Positions 1 through 10,731 of a DNA stretch of 64,000 bases are shown here, piece after piece. Both the position numbers and the translations under genes were made by a program. Positions within the stretch are counted from its first letter, which is position 1. Each line of letters starts with the position of its first letter. The DNA lies in the NCBI RefSeq assembly GCF_003334305.1, contig NZ_QOWS01000004.1. One strand, written 5' to 3'. This DNA is from Escherichia coli (GTDB lineage: Bacteria; Pseudomonadota; Gammaproteobacteria; Enterobacterales; Enterobacteriaceae). Below the pieces are notes generated by a model that searched no databases, was not told where the DNA came from, and saw only the letters and a program-made list of their open reading frames with translations.

Positions 1-657
1 GAGCAGACCATCACAGACCGGTTTATCCCCGCTGGCGCGGGGAACACGCAGACTATAACGAGGGTCGCACGCGGATCATCGGTTTATCCCCGCTGGCGCG
101 GGGAACACTACCAAACCGGAATCTTTCCATATAACGGCGGCGGTTTATCCCCGCTGGCGCGGGGAACACTTACTCGCCGGGGAATACGCCCCGCGCCACG
201 CCGGTTTATCCCCGCTGGCGCGGGGAACACCTTACTCATTCAGAACGCTGCATGAAATATGCCGGTTTATCCCCGCTGGCGCGGGGAACACACCCTCCAG
301 ATCTCGGGTGTCGGTAATGAAAACGGTTTATCCCCGCTGGCGCGGGGAACACGAGCGCGTGCCGTGCCTGGGTTCATATGATGGCGGTTTATCCCCGCTG
401 GCGCGGGGAACACGTGGTTGTTTAGGCGGGATTTGTTGCGTAAGTCGGTTTATCCCCGCTGGCGCGGGGAACACCCATTTCATCATGAACGGCGGAAATA
501 TCGTGGCGGTTTATCCCCGCTGGCGCGGGGAACACTCGTTTCAGTTCAGTTAGATTTATATCCAGCGCGGTTTATCCCCGCTGGCGCGGGGAACACGCTG
601 GCCGTCGTTTTTACTCAGTAACCGCCAACGGTTTATCCCCGCTGGCGCGGGGAACAC
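1..657 (-). CRISPR. Type I-E CRISPR array, truncated by the window edge; 11 repeats and 10 complete 32-nt spacers
   Basis: 29-nt repeat CGGTTTATCCCCGCTGGCGCGGGGAACAC (plus-strand reading) at 19,80,141,202,263,324,385,446,507,568,629 with a constant 61-nt period; leader and cas2 lie at the 3' side on plus, so the array is transcribed on the minus strand. Confidence 0.97.
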
Positions 658-753
658 ACTAAGCATACATAACTGTTTTTAAACAAATTTATTCCGCATC
701 AACAATCTACCAACTAAATTAAAACATTTCCTTATTTTTAAAGAACGGATAAC
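658..753 (-). promoter_or_regulatory. CRISPR leader (AT-rich) between the last repeat and the cas2 stop
   Basis: AT-rich 96 nt immediately after the leader-proximal repeat; contains ACAATCTACCAACT, a motif shared with the leader of the second array. Confidence 0.8.
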
Positions 754-1963
<1,210 letters not shown>

Positions 1964-1967
<4 letters not shown>

Positions 1968-2614
1968 GCCTCTGCTCCGGGTTTGATCAGCATCAGACCA
2001 CAGCCGAACGCCCGGCTTTTGCCATACCCCTGACTGAGACGTTGCAGAAATAACCCGGGATCGGTGACCGTAAGCATCCCCGTATAATCCACGCTACTGA
2101 ACTGGATCAGTTGCCGGGTGTTTTCCCGCCGGGGTTGTTGTTGTCGGTAGGCATCAACCGAGGTATCCAGTAGTGTAAAACCACTTCTTTCCCCCTGCGC
2201 TGCCAGCCAGTCCAGCGCCGCCTGTTGTTGATGCAACCAGATATCACGCCCTTCCGCCTGCCCCTTCACCTGCCGTTTCGCCTCCATCAGCAGATCGTGG
2301 CGCTTGCCCGCTTTACAGATTGTTGGATTCGCCCGCAGGTTGAAACAAAGAGATTGTCCGGTACGCAGCTCGGACACAAATGGTCGGCATTCGATGGTGA
2401 AAGTTTCACTTTCCGCCGGGCGTGCCTGCGAGAGGACAAAAAAGCGAAACGCGCCCTGGAGTTCTTCCCGACGATAAAGAAATTGCCTTTCTTTGCCGCC
2501 AGGGAAGAGATCCCACAGCCACTGATGCATCACATATTCACCGCGATCCACCAGATGCAGCAACTGCGCAGGCGAAAGCTGGCCGGTATGTAAGGTTATT
2601 CTTGAGAGGTACAT
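1964..2614 (-). CDS. casE: Cas6e (CasE/Cse3) pre-crRNA endoribonuclease
   Basis: Start chosen at internal ATG giving MYLSRITLHTG... (216 aa) with AAGGAGG Shine-Dalgarno just upstream; conserved FNLRANP and GCGLM motifs; the annotated ORF extension to 2752 overlaps cas5 and is rejected. Confidence 0.85.
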
Positions 2615-3342
2615 GGTTCCTCCTTGCTGAGCCACGGCCCCTGATTGACGGTGCGTTCCCCAAACAGCCACTGCTGACGATTTAAAGGAACATCCCGGCG
2701 GCGTAATATTTTGCTCGCGACCAGGCCGTCGTGTTTCCCTTCCCACCAGCATTCATCCTGAAGTTTTGGGAGTGAGACTTTCAGTTTATGGAAATGATCC
2801 TGATACTGTTGGTATGCATTACATAAGGCATCACACGCGTTGCCTTCGAGCAGTAACGGCGCAAGAGGTAATGCCAGCGGATGACTTTTTCGCCCCAGAT
2901 AAAGCGGAAAAACTGGATGGCGTAAACCGTCCTGCAACTGTTCGAGGCTGTAAGGCGCATCGGCTGTTGTTGCCACCGCCACCATCCACCAGGCATCGGT
3001 GTAGTAGTCGCGCCGGGAGATAATCGCGCTCAAAAGCTCAGGGTCGCTCAACTCTTCGCGACGGCTGAAATAACGTGCTTTACGCACCTCTTTTGGCATC
3101 TGGACCGTGTGATAATCCCGTGCCCAGCGCGGGTTACGGCTGGCGCAAACCACCAGTGAATAGTGGCGATTAAACGCGTTTAAGCGTTCGGTATCATCAC
3201 GCCGAATCCCTACCCCGGCAGCCAGTAGCCCCAGCAATGCTGAGCGCGAAGGAAGTTCATGGGTATGACGAACTTCACCTGGAGCATCGCCCCCCCAGGA
3301 CGCCATCGGCCCATGAAGCTGAAAAATCAGATATTGGCTCAT
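2596..3342 (-). CDS. casD: Cas5e (CasD) Cascade subunit
   Basis: 248-aa ORF MSQYLIFQLHGPMASWG...; position between cas7 and cas6e. Confidence 0.9.
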   Translation of the reverse strand: MSQYLIFQLHGPMASWGGDAPGEVRHTHELPSRSALLGLLAAGVGIRRDDTERLNAFNRHYSLVVCASRNPRWARDYHTVQMPKEVRKARYFSRREELSDPELLSAIISRRDYYTDAWWMVAVATTADAPYSLEQLQDGLRHPVFPLYLGRKSHPLALPLAPLLLEGNACDALCNAYQQYQDHFHKLKVSLPKLQDECWWEGKHDGLVASKILRRRDVPLNRQQWLFGERTVNQGPWLSKEEPCTSQE

Positions 3343-3352
3343 AAGCCGCCCC

Positions 3353-4408
3353 TTACGCGCAGATAAAGTCCAGCACGTCCTTCATGCTTCCCTGTTTGTT
3401 CATCACGTCAAAACTTGCGCATTCGGTCTTCTGTTCGTAGACCGTATTCATGTTTTCGCGAAGCGTTGTAATACGCTGCACCGCCACATCTAACTGACGT
3501 GTGCCATTAATGGGTTCATAGAAAGCCGCCGCCAGAGAGCGTGGTTGATCGGTGCCTTTTTCTGCCAGCGCCCAGGAGGCGTAGGCACGGCTGGCAAAGC
3601 TGTTCTGTTTGCCGGTTGGGGAGACTTTAAGTGCGGCTTCCGTAAAGGCACGTATGGTCTGATTAGCTAACGCTTCGTCACCGCCAAGGTTTTCGACCAG
3701 CAGATCTTTATCAATGCAGATATAGGTGTAGAACAGTGCAGAACCGAATCCGGTTTCACCAAGATGCCCGGCACCGGCATCTTCAGAAGCCTGGCGCAAA
3801 TCATCAACGGCGGTGAAAAAATCATCTTCGACAATCGTTTCACTGACACCAAATGCGTGCGCTACCTGGCAGGCGGCTTCAACATTAAACTCGGGTTTAT
3901 TCGCCAGCATACGACCAGACATGGCAATATCTACCGCCATACGGTCTTTGCGTAACAACGCGAGATCTTCCTCTTTTGGCGCGCGCTTTTCTTCTGCAAG
4001 CTGATGGGCCAGCGCTTTTACGGCGTCAAATTCTGCCGGGCTGATATGGACTAACTGTTCAGTTTCGGCGTTAGTGAGCGGATCTTTTGGTTTTTTGTCG
4101 TTTTTAGCTTTCCCAAGATAATCTGCAATTTTTGCCGCCCATTCGATGGCTTTTTTCTCTTCGATTCCTTTCTCAATCAGGATAGTTGCCGCCTCACGCG
4201 CAATACGCCCACTGCGAATACCAATATGGCCCGCCAGTGCCTGTTCAAAAAGTGCAGAAGTGCGCCACGCACGTTTCAGACTTTTCGAGGAAACGCGCAG
4301 ACGCGTTGCTCCACCCAGCACCACAGTTTTTGGCGCACCGGTATCATCACGGTTAAGGTTGGCAGCAGGGTAAGCGGTTAACAAATGAAGCTGAATAAAT
4401 GTTGTCAT
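3353..4408 (-). CDS. casC: Cas7e (CasC) Cascade backbone subunit
   Basis: 351-aa ORF MTTFIQLHLLTAYPAANLNRDDTG... matches the Cas7e N-terminal signature. Confidence 0.92.
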   Translation of the reverse strand: MTTFIQLHLLTAYPAANLNRDDTGAPKTVVLGGATRLRVSSKSLKRAWRTSALFEQALAGHIGIRSGRIAREAATILIEKGIEEKKAIEWAAKIADYLGKAKNDKKPKDPLTNAETEQLVHISPAEFDAVKALAHQLAEEKRAPKEEDLALLRKDRMAVDIAMSGRMLANKPEFNVEAACQVAHAFGVSETIVEDDFFTAVDDLRQASEDAGAGHLGETGFGSALFYTYICIDKDLLVENLGGDEALANQTIRAFTEAALKVSPTGKQNSFASRAYASWALAEKGTDQPRSLAAAFYEPINGTRQLDVAVQRITTLRENMNTVYEQKTECASFDVMNKQGSMKDVLDFICA

Positions 4409-4419
4409 GAGATAGTCCT

Positions 4420-4956
4420 TTATTGATTTTGTTCGTTATCGGCGTCGCCAGCCTGGTAATATTCCAGCGCCCAGCGGATACGGATAAATTCGGTTGGCCG
4501 CTGCTGGCGGCGGTGATGATTGAGCAGGTCGTCGCTCTCCTGGCACCAACGGAAGACCCCCTCTGCCAGAGAGTCAAGATTGACGGAACCGTTTAATAAT
4601 CTGACTGCGCGGCGTAACTGGCGCAGTAATTCATCCGGTGTTTTTACTGCCGACAGACGAGTAAAACGCCCCTTTGACATTACCGCCGCCAGCTGCGCGG
4701 CAAAAGGCTGCCGTTCATCAATAGCTTTAACATTGGCGCTAACTGCGGCTATCAGCGCCAGTGCGGTGATACGCCACTCAGGTTCATCCTGCCACTTTAT
4801 TTGTCTGTTCTTCAGAAACAGGCGAAATCCATCCGTCAGACAAACATCATTAACCGTCGTACTACGCCGCAGACTGGCACGTTCGCCACGTTTCTCCTGC
4901 AATTCCTCGTGCCATTTGCGCAGCGTGGCTTTGTGCTCCTCTTTTACAATACTCAT
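4420..4956 (-). CDS. casB: Cse2 (CasB) Cascade small subunit
   Basis: 178-aa ORF between cse1 and cas7; start overlaps cse1 stop. Confidence 0.85.
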   Translation of the reverse strand: MSIVKEEHKATLRKWHEELQEKRGERASLRRSTTVNDVCLTDGFRLFLKNRQIKWQDEPEWRITALALIAAVSANVKAIDERQPFAAQLAAVMSKGRFTRLSAVKTPDELLRQLRRAVRLLNGSVNLDSLAEGVFRWCQESDDLLNHHRRQQRPTEFIRIRWALEYYQAGDADNEQNQ

Positions 4957-6515
4957 TCAGCAGCCTCCTGCTTTTTCTCCCTGGCGGCTTTAGCACTTTG
5001 CTTCTCCGCCGATGTTGTGAAATATTTCTTGCGCGCGGTCATAACGCGTTTCAAATCAACAGGCTCATATGGATTGGTGAATACACGCTCGTCAAAATCC
5101 TGACGCGCGAATAACCAAATTTCCTTTTGCCATTTGCCGAGTAATTCGTCCGCATCCTGACCTTCTTCAATTTGGCGCACTAACCTCAGGAAGCGATGCT
5201 GAGTTTTGTTCCAGAAGTCGATATCCACAAAACTGAAATCACCCCGTGCACCTTTTGGATCGGAGAACCACGCTTCTTTCAATGCACTTCGTAACAGACT
5301 TAGAATCCGTGAAGCCGTTTGCGCAGCCAGACGCAGTTTCGGTATCTGGCCTTCTTTTTTCTTGAGCAGCAGCGGGAAATGGTGTTCGTACCAACAGCGC
5401 GCTTTCATGTTGTCGAAATCATAGCCAAATCCCCACAGGCCTACTTTTGCCTGTTTCAGACTGCTGGCATTAAAGAGTTTCACCACCAGCGCGGGAAGTT
5501 CCGTATTGTTTTCTGATTTACCCGTTTCGATAAGGCCTAACCAGTCGCGCCAGATTAAACCGCCCGGTTGTGGTTTGACCGAGTAAAACTCGCCCCCCTC
5601 TTTAAGTGGTATACGGTAAGGCGTTAAGGGATGCTGCCACATGGCATAATTCGCACCGTAATTTTTGGTCGTCATCAGGCTCAGGAGCGCGTCGCTCTGT
5701 TCACCGCAAATATCGCAGTTGCCGACTGTCGTGGTATTAAAATCAATACGAATACGGCGCGGCATTCCCCAGTAAGCCTGGAGTTTATTGACCTGATCAT
5801 GGGTTACCACCGCACCGGCCAGTTCGCTGGTTCGCGTCGGGCCAAGCCAGGGGAAAACCAGATCGTCAAATTTTTTGGGTAGCGGTAAGTCGGCTTCATC
5901 CTGCGGCATCACATTGGGCCACAGTTTGCGCCACAAGGGCGTTTGTTGATTGCCTTGATATTCCTGTAATTCAATCAGAGTGGTCATCGGCCCACCGCCG
6001 CGCAAACCGGTGCGATAGCCTTTGCCGCCTGATGGCGCATTTAACTGTAGGGAGAACAGAGCTAACGCGGAACAATGAGGGCATACGTGTTCAGTCACGC
6101 CACGCTTAATAAAGTGGTCTTTATTAAACTTCGTTGTTTGAGCGCCGGGAATCTCAGGCAGTAGCGAAGCGACCTGAACTTTATCTCCCTTGAGCGCCTC
6201 GAAATCCTGCATAAATGAAGGGGAATCTGCCCCAAACTGGAAAGCGTGTTCTAAGGACAGCAATGCTTCCCGTAGCTTTTCAGCCTCCAGTCCGTCTTCC
6301 CAGATATCATCCCAACGACCGTGATTTTTGGGCGCGAAGCTGGTTTGTAGTAGCCCCAGCAAAAACTGCCAGGCCGCACCCTGGAGATCTGCCCGCGGCG
6401 CAGCGATATCGACAACATTTTCATCAGCCAGATCGACTGGTGCCAGCTTGCCTGTCGTTCCGTCTTTAAAACGAACAGGCAACCACGGGGTTGTCAGAAG
6501 TGAAAACGAGTTCAT
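4953..6515 (-). CDS. casA: Cse1 (CasA) Cascade large subunit
   Basis: Start taken at ATG giving MNSFSLLTTPWLPVRF... (520 aa), preceded by GAGAGG; the longer ORF to 6584 lacks an RBS; length and order fit Cse1. Confidence 0.85.
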   Translation of the reverse strand: MNSFSLLTTPWLPVRFKDGTTGKLAPVDLADENVVDIAAPRADLQGAAWQFLLGLLQTSFAPKNHGRWDDIWEDGLEAEKLREALLSLEHAFQFGADSPSFMQDFEALKGDKVQVASLLPEIPGAQTTKFNKDHFIKRGVTEHVCPHCSALALFSLQLNAPSGGKGYRTGLRGGGPMTTLIELQEYQGNQQTPLWRKLWPNVMPQDEADLPLPKKFDDLVFPWLGPTRTSELAGAVVTHDQVNKLQAYWGMPRRIRIDFNTTTVGNCDICGEQSDALLSLMTTKNYGANYAMWQHPLTPYRIPLKEGGEFYSVKPQPGGLIWRDWLGLIETGKSENNTELPALVVKLFNASSLKQAKVGLWGFGYDFDNMKARCWYEHHFPLLLKKKEGQIPKLRLAAQTASRILSLLRSALKEAWFSDPKGARGDFSFVDIDFWNKTQHRFLRLVRQIEEGQDADELLGKWQKEIWLFARQDFDERVFTNPYEPVDLKRVMTARKKYFTTSAEKQSAKAAREKKQEAAE

Positions 6516-6612
6516 ACGCATCCTCTCGTAAAAAAGACCATCCCAGGTCGGTTGTCCATCTTTCCATCCTTTTCGGTGTATCAACTATTCAGAGAGTCCT
6601 GTCGCAGACATC

Positions 6613-9312
6613 TCAACCAACCTTGCCAATCAATCCTTCCGTAGCCGAATACCCGCAACTTTCGTCATCGTTGACTAAAATCACGTTTGCCATCTCCGGA
6701 TCTTGTCGCTGTTCAATGCACCACAGCCTGAACGCCTCTCCCTCCAGTAAAGAAAACTCATCCCGATGTTTTTTCCACCAGCTTCGGCGCACTCTGACAA
6801 CGCTCATTTCCCATGCGTGAGCACCGGTGGCATAAGGCTTCACCACACCGTCAATACAGGTAGCCAGCCACAGGGAAACAGACTCCTCAGCCAGACGTGT
6901 CGACAGTTTTTCCGGGAGGTAATCGTTGATATTGGCGGCATAGCCGGGCCTGAAGTTCAGCACAAACTTTTTAGCCATTGCGCGATCGCAGTAATATTTG
7001 CCCACTTGCTCCTGCTCGCTGCGGGCAAATCCTTCCGGCATTACCACGTCCTCACCGTAGACGGATTCAATAAGAAGCCGGGCTGCGTATGGCATCTGAA
7101 TAGCACCTTGCTCACGCAGCACACGCTGCGTCAGCCAGATTCGCCCATGATCGGGATAGACAAATGCACTGTTACGCATGGCACTGCCAAACCATTCGTC
7201 GCCAGGAGAGTCGTCCCAGACGGGAGCCAGAATCAGCAATTCAGGGGGGGAACGCTCGTCCTTTCCGTCACGCTTTAACTGACCATTAATATCGCGGATA
7301 TGCCGCTGTAATCGTCCTGCTCGCTGAATCAGCAAATCAACAGGGGCCAGGTCGGAGATCATTTCGTCCAGGTCAATATCCACGCTTTGCTCAATTACTT
7401 GTGTACAAACAATGACTTGCGACGCTCTCTGTAAACTACAATATTTACCAAAGCGTGCCAGTGTCTCCGTTTCAATTCGCTGGCGATCGCTAAAAGCAAA
7501 GCGGCTATGAAAAAGTGAAAGGCTGGAAGCAGGAATGACGCCGCGGGCAAGCAGCTGACGATGAACCTTAATAGCGTCATCGACAGAATTCCGGATCCAG
7601 GCGATGCATTTCCCCTGACTTACCGCCGATTCGATACGCGCAATACACTCTTGTTCACTATGAAGCCAACCCACGCTGACGCTACGCTCAACGTCTTTGC
7701 GCGTCGCTACCCGGTGTGAGTTCACATCGGATTTCGTGACATGCGTCAGCCAGGGGTAATCATCCTTTTCCAGGAACGGAGCTTCTTGCAGGCCCTCTGT
7801 ACCCCGCGCAAAGGCAGCGACGAGTTTGTCGCGCTGCTGTTGAGATAACGTGGCAGAAAGCAAAATAACGCTGTTTCCGCCACGCGCCTGCCGCTCGATC
7901 AACCCTTCAAGAATGCACGACATGTAAGCGTCACAGGCGTGGATCTCATCAGCCAGCAGGATTTTGTTACTCAGCCCCAGAAGCCGCAGATTATTATGTT
8001 TGAACGGCATCACCGCCATCATCGCCTGATCCAGCGTGCCGACGCCAATTTCAGCCAGCAACGCCTTCTTGTTACTGTCGGCAAACCAGGCCGCACATCC
8101 CTGACTGAACGTTTGTTCATCCGGTTCTTCTGACCCGACTAAATCACCAGACCAGAGTGATTCATTAAAGCGGTCCATTAATGTGCGGGCACTATGTGCC
8201 AGCACCAGGCTGGGGCGGGATTCTGGCGAATAGAAAGCAAGCCAGGTTTTGACCAGCCGATCGTACATGGCATTGGCCGTTGCCATTGTTGGCAGACCAA
8301 AAAACAGCCCCTGAGCTTTCCCCGCAGCTATCAACCTGTGCGCCAGGATAAGCGCCGCTTCTGTTTTACCTGCGCCAGTCACATCTTCCAGAATAAATAA
8401 CTGCGGTCCTTGCTGGCTGATATCCAGATCCAGCACCTTTTGCTGTAACGGTGTCGGATTCTCAATAAAAGGAAACAGCGTATTAATTCCGTTGAAAGGC
8501 GCGACTTTTGCTTTTAGAGGAAAGACGGTTAAGGCGTTTTGAGCCTGAATTAAAGTTTTCTGCCAGTAACCTTTAATATCCATTGGGTGTGCGACGCGTG
8601 GAAAAAATCGCGTTGACGAACCCGTCCAGTCTGCGAGCACGACGGTTGCAGAGATATACCAGGAAAGGTGTTTTATAAGTTCAATGCCCTCATCATCATC
8701 CCAGAATGCGGGGATCTCTATGAGCGGAAACAGTGGTTTGATTTCAAGGAGAAAATCTCGTGCTGCAGCTTTGTCTTCAGGCAGAAAATTATCCAATTCA
8801 TCCATACGATCAGGGGGCCGACCATGATGCCCTGTCGTCACGGGCATCCACATTTCTATCACTCGCCTAAGTTTGCGCGGAGAGAGCGAAGATGAAGGAA
8901 GTAACTCCTGACATTCACTTAAATAATGATTCCACAACCAGTAGCCCAGCGTTGAATGAGAGATTTTTTCGTAATTTTTTCTGGCACCTTCCTGAATCTT
9001 GAGTTCAGGGGGCAGGTAAAGTTGTTGAAAAGAGCGGGCAAATTTTCCAATATCGTGCCAGCACAGCAACCAGGCGAAAAATTGAGCCGCCTGTTCCTTG
9101 TCAGAAATCCCTAATTGACGAAAATAATCAGCCAGCCCGAAGCAATTTCTTTTAACCATTAAATAGCCCATCGCGGCTACATCCAGCGAATGCCAGCAAA
9201 GAAGGTGATAGTCGTCGCCCCCGTCTTTCTCGCCGCGTCGGGTTTTTCCCCAGAAATCAAAAAAAGTCACAATATTTTTATCCTTCAGTAAACTTAAAGG
9301 ATATTTACGCAT
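6613..9312 (-). CDS. cas3: Cas3 HD nuclease / SF2 helicase
   Basis: 899-aa ORF; HD-type N-terminus (LLCWHSLDVAAMGYL), helicase motifs (DVTGAGKTEAA, DEIHACD); heads the cas operon. Confidence 0.95.
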   Translation of the reverse strand: MRKYPLSLLKDKNIVTFFDFWGKTRRGEKDGGDDYHLLCWHSLDVAAMGYLMVKRNCFGLADYFRQLGISDKEQAAQFFAWLLCWHDIGKFARSFQQLYLPPELKIQEGARKNYEKISHSTLGYWLWNHYLSECQELLPSSSLSPRKLRRVIEMWMPVTTGHHGRPPDRMDELDNFLPEDKAAARDFLLEIKPLFPLIEIPAFWDDDEGIELIKHLSWYISATVVLADWTGSSTRFFPRVAHPMDIKGYWQKTLIQAQNALTVFPLKAKVAPFNGINTLFPFIENPTPLQQKVLDLDISQQGPQLFILEDVTGAGKTEAALILAHRLIAAGKAQGLFFGLPTMATANAMYDRLVKTWLAFYSPESRPSLVLAHSARTLMDRFNESLWSGDLVGSEEPDEQTFSQGCAAWFADSNKKALLAEIGVGTLDQAMMAVMPFKHNNLRLLGLSNKILLADEIHACDAYMSCILEGLIERQARGGNSVILLSATLSQQQRDKLVAAFARGTEGLQEAPFLEKDDYPWLTHVTKSDVNSHRVATRKDVERSVSVGWLHSEQECIARIESAVSQGKCIAWIRNSVDDAIKVHRQLLARGVIPASSLSLFHSRFAFSDRQRIETETLARFGKYCSLQRASQVIVCTQVIEQSVDIDLDEMISDLAPVDLLIQRAGRLQRHIRDINGQLKRDGKDERSPPELLILAPVWDDSPGDEWFGSAMRNSAFVYPDHGRIWLTQRVLREQGAIQMPYAARLLIESVYGEDVVMPEGFARSEQEQVGKYYCDRAMAKKFVLNFRPGYAANINDYLPEKLSTRLAEESVSLWLATCIDGVVKPYATGAHAWEMSVVRVRRSWWKKHRDEFSLLEGEAFRLWCIEQRQDPEMANVILVNDDESCGYSATEGLIGKVG

Positions 9313-9480
9313 ATATTAAAAATTATCTGTGATATATATCATTCAATAAAATATTTACATTATGAATAATCAAATAATTTTCATCCGTAATATATATGAA
9401 TAATAAACATAGGCATAATATTCACATAAACAATATAAATTAAAAAAGGGTGCAGGAGACCAAACCATCACAATTCAGTA
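9313..9480 (-). promoter_or_regulatory. Extremely AT-rich cas3 upstream region (probable cas3 promoter, H-NS-type target)
   Basis: About 130 nt of roughly 85% A+T (tatatattaaaaattatctgtgatatatatcattcaataaaat...) immediately 5' of the cas3 start codon. Confidence 0.5.
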
Positions 9481-9500
9481 CGCGGGGTTTTACCCCCGCG
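9481..9500 (-). other. Stem-loop 6 nt downstream of the hok-like stop codon (mRNA 3' structure)
   Basis: CGCGGGG-loop-CCCCGCG inverted repeat; no U-tract follows on the minus strand, so not a canonical intrinsic terminator. Confidence 0.35.
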
Positions 9501-9506
9501 TGGTGG

Positions 9507-9659
9507 CTACTTCTTCGATTCGTAAGCGAGAACTGCCTTAAACTCCATACCACGTTCTCTGATACTCAACTCACACAACGAGTCGCCTACCATCAGCGTG
9601 AATCCCAGTACTGTAAAACACAGCACTATGATTGCCACAAGGGCATATTTTGTCAGCAT
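9507..9659 (-). CDS. Hok/Gef-family type I toxin (50 aa)
   Basis: Hand translation of minus strand: [50 protein letters not shown]; hydrophobic N-terminal helix plus the Hok signature SLCE-x-E-x-A-x-AYES; GGGAGG SD 6 nt upstream; same position as sokX in K-12 as recalled; not in the supplied ORF track (under 60 aa). Confidence 0.8.
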   Translation of the reverse strand: MLTKYALVAIIVLCFTVLGFTLMVGDSLCELSIRERGMEFKAVLAYESKK

Positions 9660-9757
9660 GTCTTGCCTCCCTGCAAAGAAGAGACTAACATTCGAATTGT
9701 TTGGGTTCGAACGTAAGCCTCAGGTTGATAGAAATATCGCCTGGGGCTTTTGTCCAT
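9653..9757 (-). CDS. mok-like upstream ORF (34 aa), translationally coupled to hok
   Basis: ATG preceded by GAGG; [34 protein letters not shown]; its TGA stop overlaps hok codons 1-2 (ACATGCTGA), the arrangement typical of hok/mok loci. Confidence 0.45.
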   Translation of the reverse strand: MDKSPRRYFYQPEAYVRTQTIRMLVSSLQGGKTC

Positions 9758-9865
9758 CTGGAACCTCGCGAATGCTTAACGCCAGACAGCCTCAAGCACC
9801 CGACGCCATTCTATACCTGATAATTCTTCCAGCGGCGTTCACGTTTAAAATCAGGAATACTGCTC

Positions 9866-9906
9866 GCAAAATAAAAACGCCCCCATCATTTCTGACAGAG
9901 GCGTTT
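9866..9906 (-). terminator. Probable cysJIH operon terminator
   Basis: On minus strand AAACGCC-18 nt loop-GGCGTTT followed by TTATTTTG, 18 nt after the cysH stop. Confidence 0.45.
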
Positions 9907-9923
9907 AATTTATCCGGCAATAT

Positions 9924-10658
9924 TTACCCTTCGTGCAATCCACATTCCCTTTTTAAGCCAAAGAAACGTGTTTCTTCTTCCGACATGCCAGGTTCCCATT
10001 TACGGGTTGTATGGGTATCACCGACCGATAAATATCCTTCATCCCATAATGGGTGATATTTCAGGCCATGTTTTTGCAGGTACTGATAAATAGTTCGGTT
10101 ATCCCAGTCGATAATCGGCAGCACTTTAAATACGCCACGCTGAATTGCCAGCACCGGTAAATTGGCGCGACTGCCGGATTGTTCACGGCGCAGGCCAGCA
10201 AACCAGGTTTGCGCGTTAAGTTCTTTCAGAGCCCGGTTCATCGGTTCGACTTTGTTGATGTCATTGTACTTTTCAATGCCTTCAACGCCCTGTTCCCACA
10301 GTTTGCCGTAGCGTGCTTCCTGCCAGGCGGCGCTTTCGGTAGCGCGGTACACTTTCAGGTTGAGCTTGAGTTTGTCCGTTAACTCGTCAATAAAGCGGTA
10401 GGTTTCCGGGAACAGATAGCCGGTGTCGGTGAGGATCACCGGAATATCCGGGTGAATCTGATTCACCAGATGCAGGCTCACCGCCGCCTGAATGCCAAAG
10501 CTGGAAGAAAGTACATATTCACCGGGCAGATTATCCAGCGCCCAGGCAACGCGGCCTTCAGCGTCCAGTTTTTCCAGTTCGGCGTTAGTTTCTGCCAGCG
10601 CCAGAATGCGATCTACCTTCGGCAGTTCGTTCAGGGCGTTTAGATCGAGTTTGGACAT
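9924..10658 (-). CDS. cysH: Phosphoadenosine phosphosulfate (PAPS) reductase
   Basis: 244 aa from [19 protein letters not shown]...; the longer ORF to 10811 runs across the REP and is rejected. Confidence 0.95.
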   Translation of the reverse strand: MSKLDLNALNELPKVDRILALAETNAELEKLDAEGRVAWALDNLPGEYVLSSSFGIQAAVSLHLVNQIHPDIPVILTDTGYLFPETYRFIDELTDKLKLNLKVYRATESAAWQEARYGKLWEQGVEGIEKYNDINKVEPMNRALKELNAQTWFAGLRREQSGSRANLPVLAIQRGVFKVLPIIDWDNRTIYQYLQKHGLKYHPLWDEGYLSVGDTHTTRKWEPGMSEEETRFFGLKRECGLHEG

Positions 10659-10680
10659 AGATTCCTCACTGTTTGCCTTG

Positions 10681-10716
10681 CCTGATGCGACGCTCACGCG
10701 TCTTATCAGGCCTACA
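10681..10716. repeat. REP (repetitive extragenic palindromic) element
   Basis: GCCTGATGCGACGCTCACGCGTCTTATCAGGCCTAC, the classic E. coli REP consensus, between cysI and cysH. Confidence 0.85.
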
Positions 10717-10731
10717 AGACCGGGCTGATGG

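Noticed and set aside
308-621. ORFs of 81 and 67 aa translated across CRISPR array 1 (repeated VYPRWRGEH peptides)
   Set aside because: Periodic translation of the 29-nt repeat; an array artefact, not a gene.
2615-2752. N-terminal extension of the cas6e ORF
   Set aside because: Would overlap cas5 by 157 nt and lacks an RBS; the internal ATG with AAGGAGG gives the canonical MYLS start.
6516-6584. N-terminal extension of the cse1 ORF
   Set aside because: No RBS; internal ATG preceded by GAGAGG gives a typical Cse1 start.
6766-7278. 170-aa plus-strand ORF inside cas3
   Set aside because: Antisense to cas3; no supporting signals.
9450-10056. Plus-strand ORFs of 88 and 152 aa over the hok region and the cysH 3' end
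   Set aside because: The minus-strand hok/mok reading frames with SD sequences explain this region better; plus-strand translations have no family resemblance.
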